Source of the DNA: Camelus ferus
Taxonomy: Eukaryota
Direction of reading: 5' to 3'
Assembly: GCF_009834535.1 (NCBI RefSeq)
Contig: NC_045697.1
Coordinates: 93,870,001-93,934,000 of the forward strand
DNA length: 64,000 nt
How positions within the stretch are numbered: position 1 is the stretch's first letter; each line of letters opens with the position of its first letter. Below, one piece after another: positions 40,926 through 53,310 of this stretch. A model generated the notes under the pieces. The model did no database searches. It was not told where the DNA came from and saw only the letters and a list, made by a program, of their open reading frames with translations. Made by a program: the position numbers and the translations under genes.

Positions 40926-41244
40926 CTAATGTTACAGGGATAATCTAATACTATAGTTTGATAGGAAATATCTACAACAATGAGGCAAATGTATCAGAAT
41001 TTTAAAAAGCTGTAAATCCTTCAACATGTGAAACAGTCATGTCTAACATCATAAAATAAAGTCTTGGCTCTGGACTTGGTATTTTCCTGAATATCTCATA
41101 AGGATCAACGTTGAGGCAGCAGAGTAGGCTTCCTGTTAGCAATCTGTTAGTTTTCAGTATGCATTCAGAAACAAGACAGTTCAAAATATCTGGTATGAAA
41201 GTAATGAGCCGTAGAACTGTCATCGTGTATCCTCGAAGAAGGTA
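40926..41244 (-). pseudogene. RGS22-like exon remnant with RGS-domain helix pattern
   Basis: Acceptor tttctcatttattaatcag; FEDTR vs VEETR. IFRKIPSPEPRLYFMMLDMTVSHVEGFTAF* aligns gaplessly with YWDNVPAEYKHFKFSDLLNNKLEFEHFRQFL. Ends in phase 1 at TAG/gttcat. Confidence 0.75.
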
Positions 41245-41716
41245 CTGATTAATAAATGAGAAAGTGAAAACACAGAAAAGTTATGTAAGTTGTCAAAAAC
41301 TCACACAGGTGCAAAATAAGAGACAGCATCCTAAGCCTGCTGTCAGTCCTGATCCTATGCTATTCCAAACCCTAAAATAAGTATTTTGAAATAATTTAAA
41401 GAGTGGGGAGACCTCAATTTGAATGTTCAGGAGAAGAAGGGAGAACATAACTGTGAAATGTATCTATTATATTAGCCATAAAATTTTCAGAAAACTGGGA
41501 GTTTCAAAAGTCAAGAAGACACTGCATTTATCAAACGGTAAGAAAAAGGAAAATAACAGAATGAGAAAAGGTGACGTAAGATAGAAGATTGCAGACATGA
41601 TACAGGAAAAGATTATGATAATTAAGATGCAATAGAACGTGAGTTAATACATGGAAAACATTTAGTGAAACACCGGGTGCCAAGAAAGCATGCCAGTAAA
41701 AAAGGCAGCAATTATA

Positions 41717-41900
41717 ATTTTTATAAATCCCGTGCCTTGAGGAAGCAAATTTGATCCAGACTTTGTTGTTCTGATTTGTTAATTTATTTTTGTTTTCAAA
41801 ATGACAGAGATCAGATTGACAATTCCTGTCCTCTGTGACAGTCAACACCACTTTTCATATCTGAATCTTGAGAGCAGGTTTATACACATGAGTCCATCTT
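41717..41900 (-). pseudogene. RGS22-like exon remnant
   Basis: SDMKSGVDCHRGQEL vs SATLDIGLQQEKKKEI. After a shift, HFEN...VWIKFASSRHGIYK vs PFED...PWTKMVKSDQIAYK. Splice sites degraded. Confidence 0.5.
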
Positions 41901-44040
41901 TAGCACTAGTTTCTAACAGTCATTTCAGAATTAATATATGGTAAAGATTTCTTTTCTAAACTGTCTTTTTCCATGATTCTTGAATGAATAAATCATGTGA
42001 CCAATGCCACAATGACAAGTTGTGACAAATTTGATTTAAAGATTCACTGCAAATATGATCTTATCTCTTTTTGTACCCTCACTTCTGGTTCTTTACTTGT
42101 AAATATCCCTCCCATTCATTCACTCACTCTTTTTAAAAAAAAATTTATTTGATAAATGTATATATCAAGCACCTATCAAAGGCCAGACATGTTGTAAGTG
42201 CCATTCTGGCTAATATGAGTTAGACTGTGTTCCAGCATTGGATATGATGAAAGAGAATATATCTGAATTGAAAAGGAGATTCTGGATGCAAATGGAAAAA
42301 TTCACAATAACCTAAGGGGGAAAAACTGAGAAAGATAATGAAACACAGACATATCTCATCAAATATTTTTAATTATAAGAAATAAAAATAAAATAAGGTG
42401 AGAAGCAAATCATATTTCAATTAAATAAATTAATTACATTAAGTAATTAAAATGAAAACTAAACCTAGAAAAATACTATTCATTTGGTTAGAAATCTGAA
42501 TGAAAATGTTAATAATCATCATTGATTGAATTACTGTGAATCAAAAAATCCAAATTACAGTGATAAAGATAGAGATCCAGTAAACAGGAGTGAAAAGTGA
42601 TATTACCAATAATAAAGTAATCCTAATATACTTATATAATAATAGCATCCATTAAATGATGATGTTTAAAAATTACAAAGTACAGTTAAAGAAATAATTT
42701 TTGAATTTTGAATCACTAACAAAATTTTAAATACTTTATATAGTTTTCAAAACACTGGAAAATATAAGAGCAAAGCATATGATAATCTTTAAGTGAAAGG
42801 AATGAAAAAAGAAAATGTGTATAAAAAAATTTTAAGTACATTTCACTAGTAGAACTAAGTATGAGTTATATCAGTGAGTATAGTTAGTTTAATATCTCCT
42901 GTTTAAAATATTCACTTAGGAAATTAAGAAGTCCACTGACTGAACAATCAATATGAATAAGCTGTAAAAAAGAAAAGGAGAAGACCAGCAACATATAGAG
43001 AATTGTTAAATTCACTAATTAAAAGATGGAAATTACAATAGCAAAGATACATTATTTTCAAATGTCATACTGGAAAATTGTGTGTTTAAATATTATTCAA
43101 TTACTTGTTGTGATGTCTTCCACATATTACATTATTACCTATTACTGACAGGCAACACTTTATATACAGAAAATAACTGTACTCTGTTCAAAGAGCAGAA
43201 ATGTATTCATGTGTTCAAAGAAAGAAGATGAGTCATTTATTTTAGAGCACAGTTTCTAGGTGGTGGGATTTGTATGCTTTCCATTATCTTATTTACATTC
43301 TTTTGAAAATTTCCAAATTTTAAAAATGAACATGCTTCTTTTGAATCAAAGTAGCTTATGTTAATTGTTATAAAAAATAAGAAGAAAATAACACCTTGAG
43401 ATGATTAAAGTATGGTTTTCTAAGAAGCAGATGGCAAAGTTAAAGGTAATTTATCTTTATAACTTCATAACTAGCATCTTTCAGCCTATTATATACAGAA
43501 GTGAATTTTATCTTTAATCTCTGATTCTCTAGACATATGGAAGAAAAAAATGACCTTTATTTTAAAGACATTATTAAATAGGTATATGAACTCAATTTTA
43601 CTATGGCTCCAATTCTAACACTTCTACTTTGGCTGTTTGTTATTTGTCCCTTATTTGTCCTATAATGTTGACAAAAATCCTAGCAATCTTCCTCTCTTAA
43701 GAATATTATATCATATGAAAGTATTGCATAAAACTAATACATTAAGTTGAGAACTTAAACAAGTATCTAATAAATTTAGAACTTTGTAAACAAAGCTTTC
43801 AATTACAGATGAATTAAACTCAAATCAATGATCTTAAAGGCAAAACAGTTAGTGTATGGGCTTATATAGTTAAAACCTATAGGTTTAGGCTGGTTTTAGA
43901 TATAGTAGGGTCCAGCTTAGTTGATGTGACTCGTTAACCATCTACTGCTCTCATGCTTTGCCATCTTTTAGCTCTGATTTGTAATATGTAGGCTTGGTTC
44001 TCCAGCAAGTTCTCTACATAGATCCCTCCAATCCTCCAAC

Positions 44041-44072
<32 letters not shown>

Positions 44073-45357
44073 CCCTGCCCAGAGTTGCATAGCTCTTACA
44101 TCTCCTCATCAAAGAAAAGTAGAGGCCCTCTTGCCATCCATTGTGATTCAAAATCCTGAATCTGTTAGGGGGATCTGAACAGATATCTGACCCTGCCTGA
44201 GAATGTGCCCAACAAACCAATCACTGACTTGGATCAAGTAACTGTGAAAAGAGTTGTAATCATTTAACTACCATTCCTACCAGAGTTGTAGGAGGGGAAA
44301 AATGCTAAAAGATAATGTGAGGCAGAAAAACCACCTCTGAGGAACTTAGACTTTAAGTTATCCTTGATGGTCAAAACTCCAAAAGGTCAAAACATACATA
44401 CCATGTCATTTTCAGGGCTGCCTTTGTCAAGAAACTTAGACACTGTCTTTCTCAGACTACAGAGACAATTAGACACTTTTTGTTCTAGCTTTTCTTCCTC
44501 TTCCCATCAGATAAGTGTGACAACATGTCCTCGGTGCACCTATAGGTCTTGCTTAAGTCATTGCTTCATGATTATCCTAAATATTCCGAACATTCTCTAC
44601 CTCATTAAAACACGTACTCCCTAGTCTAAGGATATAAGTTACTAAAGACAGGGACAAATCATCTCTTCATTAATATATTTTGGTTAGGTGAAATCATATT
44701 GGTAAATTATGAGTGACTTGTCACTGGTAGACCTTGTCTGTTGTCTATTACAAAGCATGAAGTTCCCAGACGATCAGCGGGTGACTCCCACCTGTGCAGT
44801 TCTGTGCGTAACCACCAGGAGGCACATAGTTATAACTAGGCTAGTATATTTTGCTCAGTGTATTTCACTTAGTAAATTACAATCTTTGTTGCAGACATTT
44901 CTACTACTTCTAATGGAGAATGGAAACGTAAGTTCCTACTAGTTGAGTGATTTCTTCTGCTTAGTGTCTAAAAATCCCAAGAGATCATTACTGTATATAC
45001 ACATGGCGATGCTTCTTGGTAATAGTTTACCTTCTAATCATTTTGTTTATTACTTTCTTAGCGTCTGAGACAGGAAAAAAAGTAACATAATTCTTTATTT
45101 TTTACACATATACAGAAAATAATGGTATATAGCAATCTTATCAGTGGCAGATTCACTGATATCCTCTCTTTCTCTTATAGATAGCACCTCTCCAAGGGAC
45201 CAACTTTTATCATTTACTGTCCATCTAGAAGCCCTAGAAATATACCCATTGGAATAAAAATTTCCCTTCATAATTCCTTCAGAACTAGGGAATTTCTGTT
45301 ACTAGGATTTAGAAGTTAGGGGATTTAAGAAAATTAGAATCTCTGGTGATCTTATAC

Positions 45358-45476
45358 GTCTCCTCGAGCTTTTATTTCCACTGTTTAACAAGTCAAATAG
45401 GTCACTGAATGAATATAATTTGATACAGCTCATGAAAAAGTTATGCAAGAAAATATGCACATTAAGTTTTCCAAGC
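45358..45476 (-). pseudogene. RGS22-like exon remnant after an 80-nt GT-AG intron
   Basis: Acceptor cttctttctttcag, phase 0. AWKT*CAYFLA*LFHELYQIIFIQ vs RGS22 LWKNSVYFWFDLQAYHQLFYQ. Confidence 0.7.
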
Positions 45477-45556
45477 CTGAAAGAAAGAAGCGTAAGCAAG
45501 AAAACTGGAGCAAGCCAATCTTCTAATGTAATCCTAAACACATTTTCCCTTCTTAC

Positions 45557-46327
45557 TTGGACAGTCAGTATATTTAAAATACATGCTAAAGTCTTTCTAA
45601 TTATATCACAGGAAGACAAAAACTATTTTCTGATGCAGGTCATTAGATGAAGCATATTTTCCAAAGGTGGAGCTTTACAATATTCTAGCTCATACAGCAC
45701 AGTTGCTTTACATACCACTAATTGTTTCTGTTAAGCTAGTGGCATTTTAGACTCATTGATTAAACACCCATGGTGCATTAAACCATTATGAGATATACAA
45801 CTCTGATCTGGGTATATTTAATTGCCTTTGGCAAGCCTTAGCTAAAAATAAATATACATTTAAAAATATAACACCAATAAAACTAATGAACATACTCTAG
45901 GTCCAAAATTAAACAGAAAACAACTGATACTGAAAATTCAACAGAAACAAGAAAAGTAAAAGTCCCTCATCTTGCTGGAATCTTTGTCACTGTCTGTCAA
46001 AAACAAGAGTGTGAAAGCTTTGATGAGTCCAGTTAGTGCAGCACATGGATCAAAGGGTCAGGCTGATAGGATCAAAGGGAACAAAATGAAGTCGTAATGT
46101 TGTGCACCAGATTTGAAACCTCGGCAATGATGAGAGGTTCTCCCAGGATGGAACAGGGAAGCTTTGATTAGTGCACCTTGTTTGTACTGTGAAGGCATCA
46201 AAGTGGCAAATGCGCCTGGATCAAATGGGGCAGAAGGCAATGGGTAATGGAGCACTCACAGCTCACTAGAATTTAAGCAGAGATGCTGATGATGTGGTGG
46301 AGGCCAATGCACACATCCATCTGGCAG
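45557..46327 (-). pseudogene. Large RGS22-like exon remnant (possibly more than one exon)
   Basis: Long polypyrimidine acceptor ttttgctttgctcttcttcccag. ASTTSSASLLKF* vs ASTKYASAELKFW. After a frameshift, PFDPGAFATLMPSQYK vs DIDPFPQMATLLPLRPK. Near the end, LENMLHLM vs MENLLQSL. Donor CAA/gtaaga. Confidence 0.8.
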
Positions 46328-46607
46328 CTGGGAAGAAGAGCAAAGCAAAAGGGGAAAAATGGACATAATTTTCATCACTTGAAAGCTAGCTGGTTGTGGC
46401 ACAACCAAAAGACCAAACAGCATTTTCAATTACTGCATAGGATGTGAAAACGAAATAGTTTAAACTTGGCAATATTACCAATTGTTTGTTGTAAATTGTG
46501 CTTCATGTATTGCTTATTCATTCACAATAATTCTCGCATGCTTGTAAATTCATAAAGTAGATTAACTTTGAACTTACATATGTGTAAATCTATATTTGCT
46601 AGGGAAA

Positions 46608-46647
<40 letters not shown>

Positions 46648-46705
46648 GTCTCTTTGGAGTAGATTGCATGGGTAAGATTCATTGTCACGGTAAAATTTCA
46701 CTTAC

Positions 46706-46760
46706 TGTGCTTCCAGGGATTTTGCATTCCCTGGGAATCAATTCCATTTGCAAGTTAAGT
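46706..46760 (-). pseudogene. Small candidate RGS22-like exon remnant
   Basis: gtcttcag ... CA/gtaagt boundaries. LTCKWN* vs RGS22 DGSQWNE, at the expected position in the order. Confidence 0.35.
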
Positions 46761-47055
46761 CTGAAGACATCTGTCTAACTCATTTGATTCAATTTTCTTT
46801 TTTCCCCTCAGTCAGGAGTTACTGCGCTTGTAGTGAACAAATAAGCATATTATCGAAATACTGAAAGATTTAAATAAAATATTGTCTAATATAGTATGGT
46901 GATCATGTTTCAGATAAAAATATAGAAAGGTGTTTAATTTTATTAACATTAAAATAAAATTAAATATTATATTTATCATTATTATGACTGGTGTTAATAG
47001 CCACAGAACATAACTGCTATGTTTGAGGATGTGTGCTGGCTCTGTTTATTCTTAC

Positions 47056-47137
47056 TTATCCTTACAACAGCTCCGTAAGTGAATATTGCCACAATGGGAT
47101 AAGATTTTCTGATGATTTGGAGAAGTAAATGTGTTTT
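47056..47137 (-). pseudogene. RGS22-like exon remnant
   Basis: LLQIIRKSY, then shifted-frame HCGNIHL and TELL, vs RGS22 HLEKMKKCYLVSNGDYYLSAEIL. Donor TAA/gtaaga; acceptor degraded. Confidence 0.5.
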
Positions 47138-47864
47138 TAAATAGAAAGGAAACGAGTCAACATGATCAACAGGGCAGAGCTGTACTGCTAGCTTACAATT
47201 GTCTTTTGTCCTCACCTTTGCTATGGCTGCCTCTCTGCAGGAGGAGTGAACCCAGGTGCCCCACTGGGTTTGGATGTGGCCCCGTGACTCACTTTAGCCA
47301 GTGGATTATTAGCAGACAGAGGTGACCACCACAGAGATGTGAAGTGTGCTCATAGTGCTTGGCTTTTCACTCTTGCCTTTTTGACCTTCATTTTGAGAGT
47401 ATGCTCCAGACAGCCACTGCCTCAAGATGAGCAGACAGAGCATAAACAGGAATCAAATGTGAAGCCTTGAGTCAAGCCCAGCTAATCTTTAAACTAAGTC
47501 CAGCAGAGCCACGACCTACACACTAAATAATGAGCAACACAAATTGTCTACTAAATATCACACGTTAATTTGGCAACCACTCTCCAAAACAGCATTATGC
47601 CCATCCCTATGTACACATAAAGAGGTCATTGATCAAGTATACACTATTCTTTAGTTGAATGGATTTATCCTTTTAAACAGAGATTGTAGTTGTTTCCCAG
47701 GTACTATTACTTCCTCCATTATTGCTATGCTGTCCTATTTTCCCCAGAAGGGCTTTGCATGGGTTACTAACTTGACAAACCTCTGTGTTTAGATATTTGT
47801 TCTCACAAGAGCAACAGGGGGTGGAGAAACCTACTGCCTGTCCCTCTTGAGTATTTATACTCAC

Positions 47865-48216
47865 AGAGTGATGCTGTTTGTACATCTGTTTTCTCAGGAC
47901 TTCAGGAAATGTGTCCTTTTTTTTAATCCTATATTGTTTTATCCGCTATTACTTCATACGACTTTTAAAGTCAAATATAACAAAATCACCAATTGTCTCA
48001 AAATTTACTTATTTTAATTATATTTTTGTTATTGACAGTGTAGATTTCAAATATGGGCAGATGAATAAAAAGGCAGATTTATGTTTTAAGTATGCTATTG
48101 ATGTGCTTCAGGAAGTGAGGAATATCTCTGTTTGAGATGACATTATAAGGTTATAAAACCTGACCCAAAGAATGGTTGATCTCATTGCAACAAATCTCTT
48201 TCTTCAGCAATTAAAA
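47865..48216 (-). pseudogene. RGS22-like exon remnant, start of an RGS-like domain
   Basis: FDFKSRMK**RIKQY aligns gaplessly with RGS22 YDIGNRKEFERFKKF. Ends EVLRKQMYKQHHS at donor TCT/gtgagt. The 5' boundary is a candidate acceptor only. Confidence 0.65.
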
Positions 48217-50483
48217 CTAGTAATTTGGAAATACAAAGAAAATTGGAAAAAATAAAAAAGGTTTTCCTCAACAATGAACTGATTGGGAGATTTAATAAAA
48301 GTTAGAAATCTTAGGTCTATAAACACTGTAGCATAAAACCGACAGTGGTAAATACTGAAGTGAGGAAAGAACAAATTCTGTTTATTCTTTTGGGTATTGT
48401 TTTAACCCTAAGGCCATAAATTATAAGGTAACTGAATCAATTTTTTAAATTATTAAATTCAAATTCTGCTGTTAATATTTGAAATGTATTATAATTTGTT
48501 CATTAATAACAATGATAAAATGTCCTTTAACAAAAAGTGACAATATTACCATAAATAATACTTTAATTGATGAATTCGTTAGTAGAAATTATTAACCTCC
48601 ACCAAATATGTTCACTGATATCCTGACTCACGCACATAATTATACCAGGAAGTGCTCATAAGACTTAACCACACAATAAAGATCAACAGTTCCTTAATAC
48701 TCTTTAAGTAAGGAAATATAGTCCATAATATTAGATTATAACATTTGTTAATTCAATCACTCAGTTTTGTACTAATTGTCCTGAGAAGCACTGGGTGTTT
48801 TGTTAATAAAAAGATAGTTCATTTTGCATAAATCTAGACATACCATAAGTAAAATTATATTCTCCAAACTCAAATGATTGAAGTAACACTTGAGATGATA
48901 TAATAGGATTAAATCAATTTACAATTCCCATTCCACAAGGTCAGTTATGTGTACTGTATTTCAATTTTCAAGTGTTTTTTTTTTCCTTAATAAGTCATTA
49001 AAAATCAATGTGCAAACTACCCTCAACATTAGAAGGTTGGTTCATGATTAAAATTGACAAAATTTACCAGAAAGATTAAAAAACAAGCATGTTCATCAGG
49101 ATCTAATACATTAAATTTATCCTCAAATATAAGGGAAGATTTTAGAGTATATTTTTTAAAAAGTGGCATTTTCTTATTTATGCCAGAGTATTTATACATG
49201 TGTCAGTAGGTACATATCTTACATACTCTAACTTTGTTGCTGTAATTATAACTTCAAATGCAAATATTTCCAATAAAATATACTTTAAAACTCATACATA
49301 ATAGATAATTAGTAAAATTTTAATGGAACCTAAAATATTCAGGGTATATTTATAATGGTTAATATTTATGTTAAAAAGGAACCTTGTGATGTTCAAAAAA
49401 CAATTGTTTATCATGATCCATGATAAGTAAGGCATCAATTTAGGGGAAAAAAACTTATTTTCCTATTTACGCTTTGTTATTTCTCAGCATACACAGAAGA
49501 TGTTTAAACCAGTATATTCAATTTATTTGAGAAGGCTAATATTCTGTTTTCTAACATCATTGGAATAAAGTTATTTTCTAAAAGTATTATTACAGTTGAT
49601 TTAGTTAAAAGTACTGAAATGAATGTTATGATATAATATATTAAACTGATAGTACACATTATTTGATACAAATGATAGTAACAGCAGTTTTAGACATGTA
49701 TTTTTTTTAATTGCCAGGAATATGTACAAATTGAATAATGTACACCCTACTAAACTTCTACACCCATTCTTTCATTTACTTAGTTATTCAGTTATTCATT
49801 TAGCTATTTCCCTCTCATCAATTGCTTATTGAGTGCCTATAACAAGGTGCACAGTTGAGAAATAAAAAGAGCATCTATACAAATTCAGGTAGATGCTTTC
49901 AGTTGGAACCTCAGTTCGATGGTCTGTAAACATGTGAAATGCGAGCGCTCACCCTTTCCTTTAAAGATGAGATGAGTTATATCAAAGAATTTAGCCAACT
50001 GCAAGGCACGTGATAGGCATCTGCAGAAATTCAGCATCAATTAATCACTGTTATTTGTCTGCGCTAAGTCCCATTATTTTTCTCTGGCCGAGTGCTTGCT
50101 TTTACAAGTGGCCACGTGTAAACAATGGCTTAATGTTAGTAGCCTATGGGAATATAGCTAAATTCACAGGCATTGGGCTTGGATGAACTAGTCATACGAA
50201 CACAAATTTCAAAAAAATACTATAAAATTCAGAAAAATGAACATTCGCCATTGACTCTGTTAAAACCCTTAATATTCTAGGACAACTGTCTCAGACTATT
50301 AAGATAAATGATGAGATTTCAGAGTTTAATGTTTGGGGACTGTGAACATTCACAGCTACCATATTCACTGTCTCAGAGTAATCCCTTAAATTATTTCAAT
50401 ATTATATGTCAATTATATCTCAATAAAACTGGAAAAATTAAACAGTAAAAATTAAAAGATGAAGAAGAAGAAAAAAAGACTCG

Positions 50484-51066
50484 TGTAACACCAGACGTGT
50501 TAGGGAATAAAGCTTGCTCCACACGTTAGGTAGTTAGTTAAGTGAGGGCACCGGGCAGATAGGTGTAAGTGAGGGAGGATGGTCCAGAACATGGCATTAT
50601 GCCCACCGCCAGCATAAAGGGGCTTTACTTCCTCTAAATGAGTGCCAGCAAGGAACCAGTTAGGACCCGAAGCTGCGACTGTGCGGTAGTGAGAAGGACC
50701 TAACTGGACATGACCCAATGCTCACTGTGATATAATTAGCATTGTGGGTTAGCTTTTTCTGTGTACACCACGGGTAAGGACATGCTCAAAGGGGCCAAAC
50801 ATGACTAAGCGTTCCAGGGACAAGAGTCATCAATCAATCAAAAGGCCGCCTCAAAGTGAGGGTATAAGAGAAAGGGGCAAACAAAGACCAACACTGCTTT
50901 ATCTCCCTCGGATCAGCCCACCTCCCATTCTTGGACATGTACTTTCCCTTTGCTAATTAAACCCTTTAAAATCTTTCATACACAATGCTCCATTTCCCCA
51001 TCTGAAATCTTATCTTTCAGGTATAACAAGAAGTGGGGTCTTTTACCTTACCCTTTTGGGGTAACA
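50484..51066 (+). mobile_element. Solo LTR (ERV1-like)
   Basis: tgtaac...gtaaca termini, tataa box near 50864, attaaa near 50956. Confidence 0.65.
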
Positions 51067-52264
51067 CATACATTCAGCTAGCAGTGTCTGATAATGCCTT
51101 AATTCAGCAAATACTTAACATCATAGGGAATTACACTTTTGTGTGTTATCTACAGCCCTGCTACTTCAGTGGTATTACTTAGAAGCCTAAAATTAGCTTT
51201 TCCTTCATTAATGTGTGATTACAAATACAAACCAGGAAGCCATGGCACTAAAAGTAAACAATTAAATCTAGTATTCATCCTCTTTGAAATTTACAATGAA
51301 AATATTTTGGAGAGCAGAGATCTTTCCTTTTCTATTAATCTTTCAATACTGAACAGTAACTATGTCTACTAAATGATTTTCATCATATCTCTTTAAAATA
51401 CCAGTCCTGTATTTTATGCTTATGAGAATTCAATCACCTACCTGGTCAAGGCAATCATTTTGCTTTATGTCTGTTGTAGCTTGTAAGTGTGGAAAGGTTC
51501 TGGTGTTATTTGCTGAAGAGGCCATTTGTCGGAATGACTATCAAACTGTTGCTTTTACAGGATCAATTTTCTTTATAATTACTACTGGCATTAACAGTCA
51601 TCTCGGCTCCTAGAAAACTGACTGATGGACTGGTAAGCAGAATAATCAAAGGGGCTACTGGAGATAATGACATTTCTTTACAGGGAACTGCTTGAGGAAG
51701 ATTTTTCCCTTTTAGCAAGACAACTACCACATATGGTTAGAAAGTTTAGAAAGGATTTCCCTTCCCTTTCTGGCCGAAGGCAAAACTATAAGCTCAAATA
51801 GACTTTGTCCCTTGTCAGATGTTTGCTTTCTTCAGCAATTCTTAGTTTAATGGGCATAACAAGAAGGACTGGATTCTATTGTGTGAAACAGTAAATCAAC
51901 ACTTAACTCATGTTCTGACTGCTTTTGAAAAAAAAAATCAGATTTTCTTGCACACAACAGTTAAAAGATTTTCTCTTACTAAGTGCATTAGTTTGTGTTT
52001 TACAAGGCTGATGAGAAGTAGCAGGATTAGAATTTTCTCTTTTTCACATGCAGTGTCCTCAATTTCTTTTCACACATCCGTGTGAGTGCAATGTGACAGT
52101 AAAACTAAACCCATGTTCTTTTTACTGCACTGCGTGAACTTAAATGACTCCCGGCTTTATCTTTTTCTCACATTATTAGCATTGTTTTTGTAGGCAATTT
52201 GTTTGGTTTTTAGGTCTAATTTGATGAAGAAATGTCAGGAAAATATAGAAATTACACAAACAGC

Positions 52265-52731
52265 TGTGAAATAAAATTCATATTTTATGGCAAGACAAGA
52301 AAAATATAAACATAAAAACTCTTCTCTGCCCTTTGGCCCCTCCCTCCCCTCTCCTGTGCACTGGGTATCTGTACTATGCATGAACCAAACCCTCCCACCC
52401 CACCCCCGGCCGAAACCCCTGCTCAACCATAAAGAGCAACATCCTCCAAGTACCAATAGGACAACTCCTAAAAAATAACATTCCTTCTTGATCTGGTAAG
52501 CGGCCACGATGACCCATCACTTTGTTCTTACAGATCTGGATTGTGCAAACTATCTACCTCATTTAATGTATAGCCCTCTGTCTTAGAAACTTATATAACT
52601 ATACTTTGACTTCTCCTGGAAAGAACAGTTCTCGGAGCTTTCTGAGAGCTTATTCCCAGGTTATGATCCTCAATTTGGCTTGAAAAAAATTTTCCATTTC
52701 TTTCTTAGATTGATTAATTTTTTTGTCGACA
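52265..52731 (+). mobile_element. ERV1-class solo LTR (MER41-like)
   Basis: TG...CA, TSD cagc/tagc, cttatataa box. Ends ttttgtcgaca, like the reverse complement of the 12372/36580 termini. Confidence 0.75.
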
Positions 52732-53049
52732 TAGCAAGCACTGAATTTTTCCTATGCCGAATGTTGGTTAGCATTCCTTCTTAACATTTCCGAACATAAG
52801 TTCCCTCCTTTCATTTCTTCTTTCCTATAACTTTCCTGGGTTCTCTCCAGCATCTGTGCTATTTTATCCCCTTCTCATTTCCCTAGAGTGGAAAATTAGG
52901 GATTTGGATGATGGTAAAACCGATGTTGGTTTGGAGAAAGAAAAGACAGTAATCCAATGCTATATATAGGTCAATGTTATTGTCAGTTTTTCCCTGATTC
53001 CTGATGTTTTTCCCTAAACACACACACACACACACCCCAGCTTGCTTTC

Positions 53050-53310
53050 TAGAAGGGTGCTATCCAATAGAAATATAACACAAACTACAAATGCAAGATG
53101 CATATCTAATTTCAAAATTTCTAGCAGTCACATTAAAAACAATAAAAAGAAACAGATAAGGTTAATTTTTTAAAGATATATTATTTAAACCAACAGATCC
53201 AAAATATTATCATTTCAGCATGGCACAACGTGTCAATACTAATGTGACATTTTTACCTTTTTTTTTCCAGTCTGGAGTTTTCAAAATCCAGTTTACTTTA
53301 CACTTGAATT
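53050..53310. mobile_element. MER33-like hAT-Charlie MITE
   Basis: gtgctatccaatagaaatataa...aaaatttctagcagtcacattaaaaa...atccaaaatattatcatttca. Confidence 0.7.

Noticed and set aside
44760..44840. YNYVPPG as the RGS22 TYVAPS exon
   Set aside because: No acceptor and no downstream match; 41717-41900 fits better.
45302..45619. 105-aa ORF containing FSDLFD, resembling RGS22 FEDLFD
   Set aside because: The ORF reads through the 80-nt intron. A different frame (AWK..YF) fits the exon order better, and the FED-equivalent maps to about 41.8 kb.
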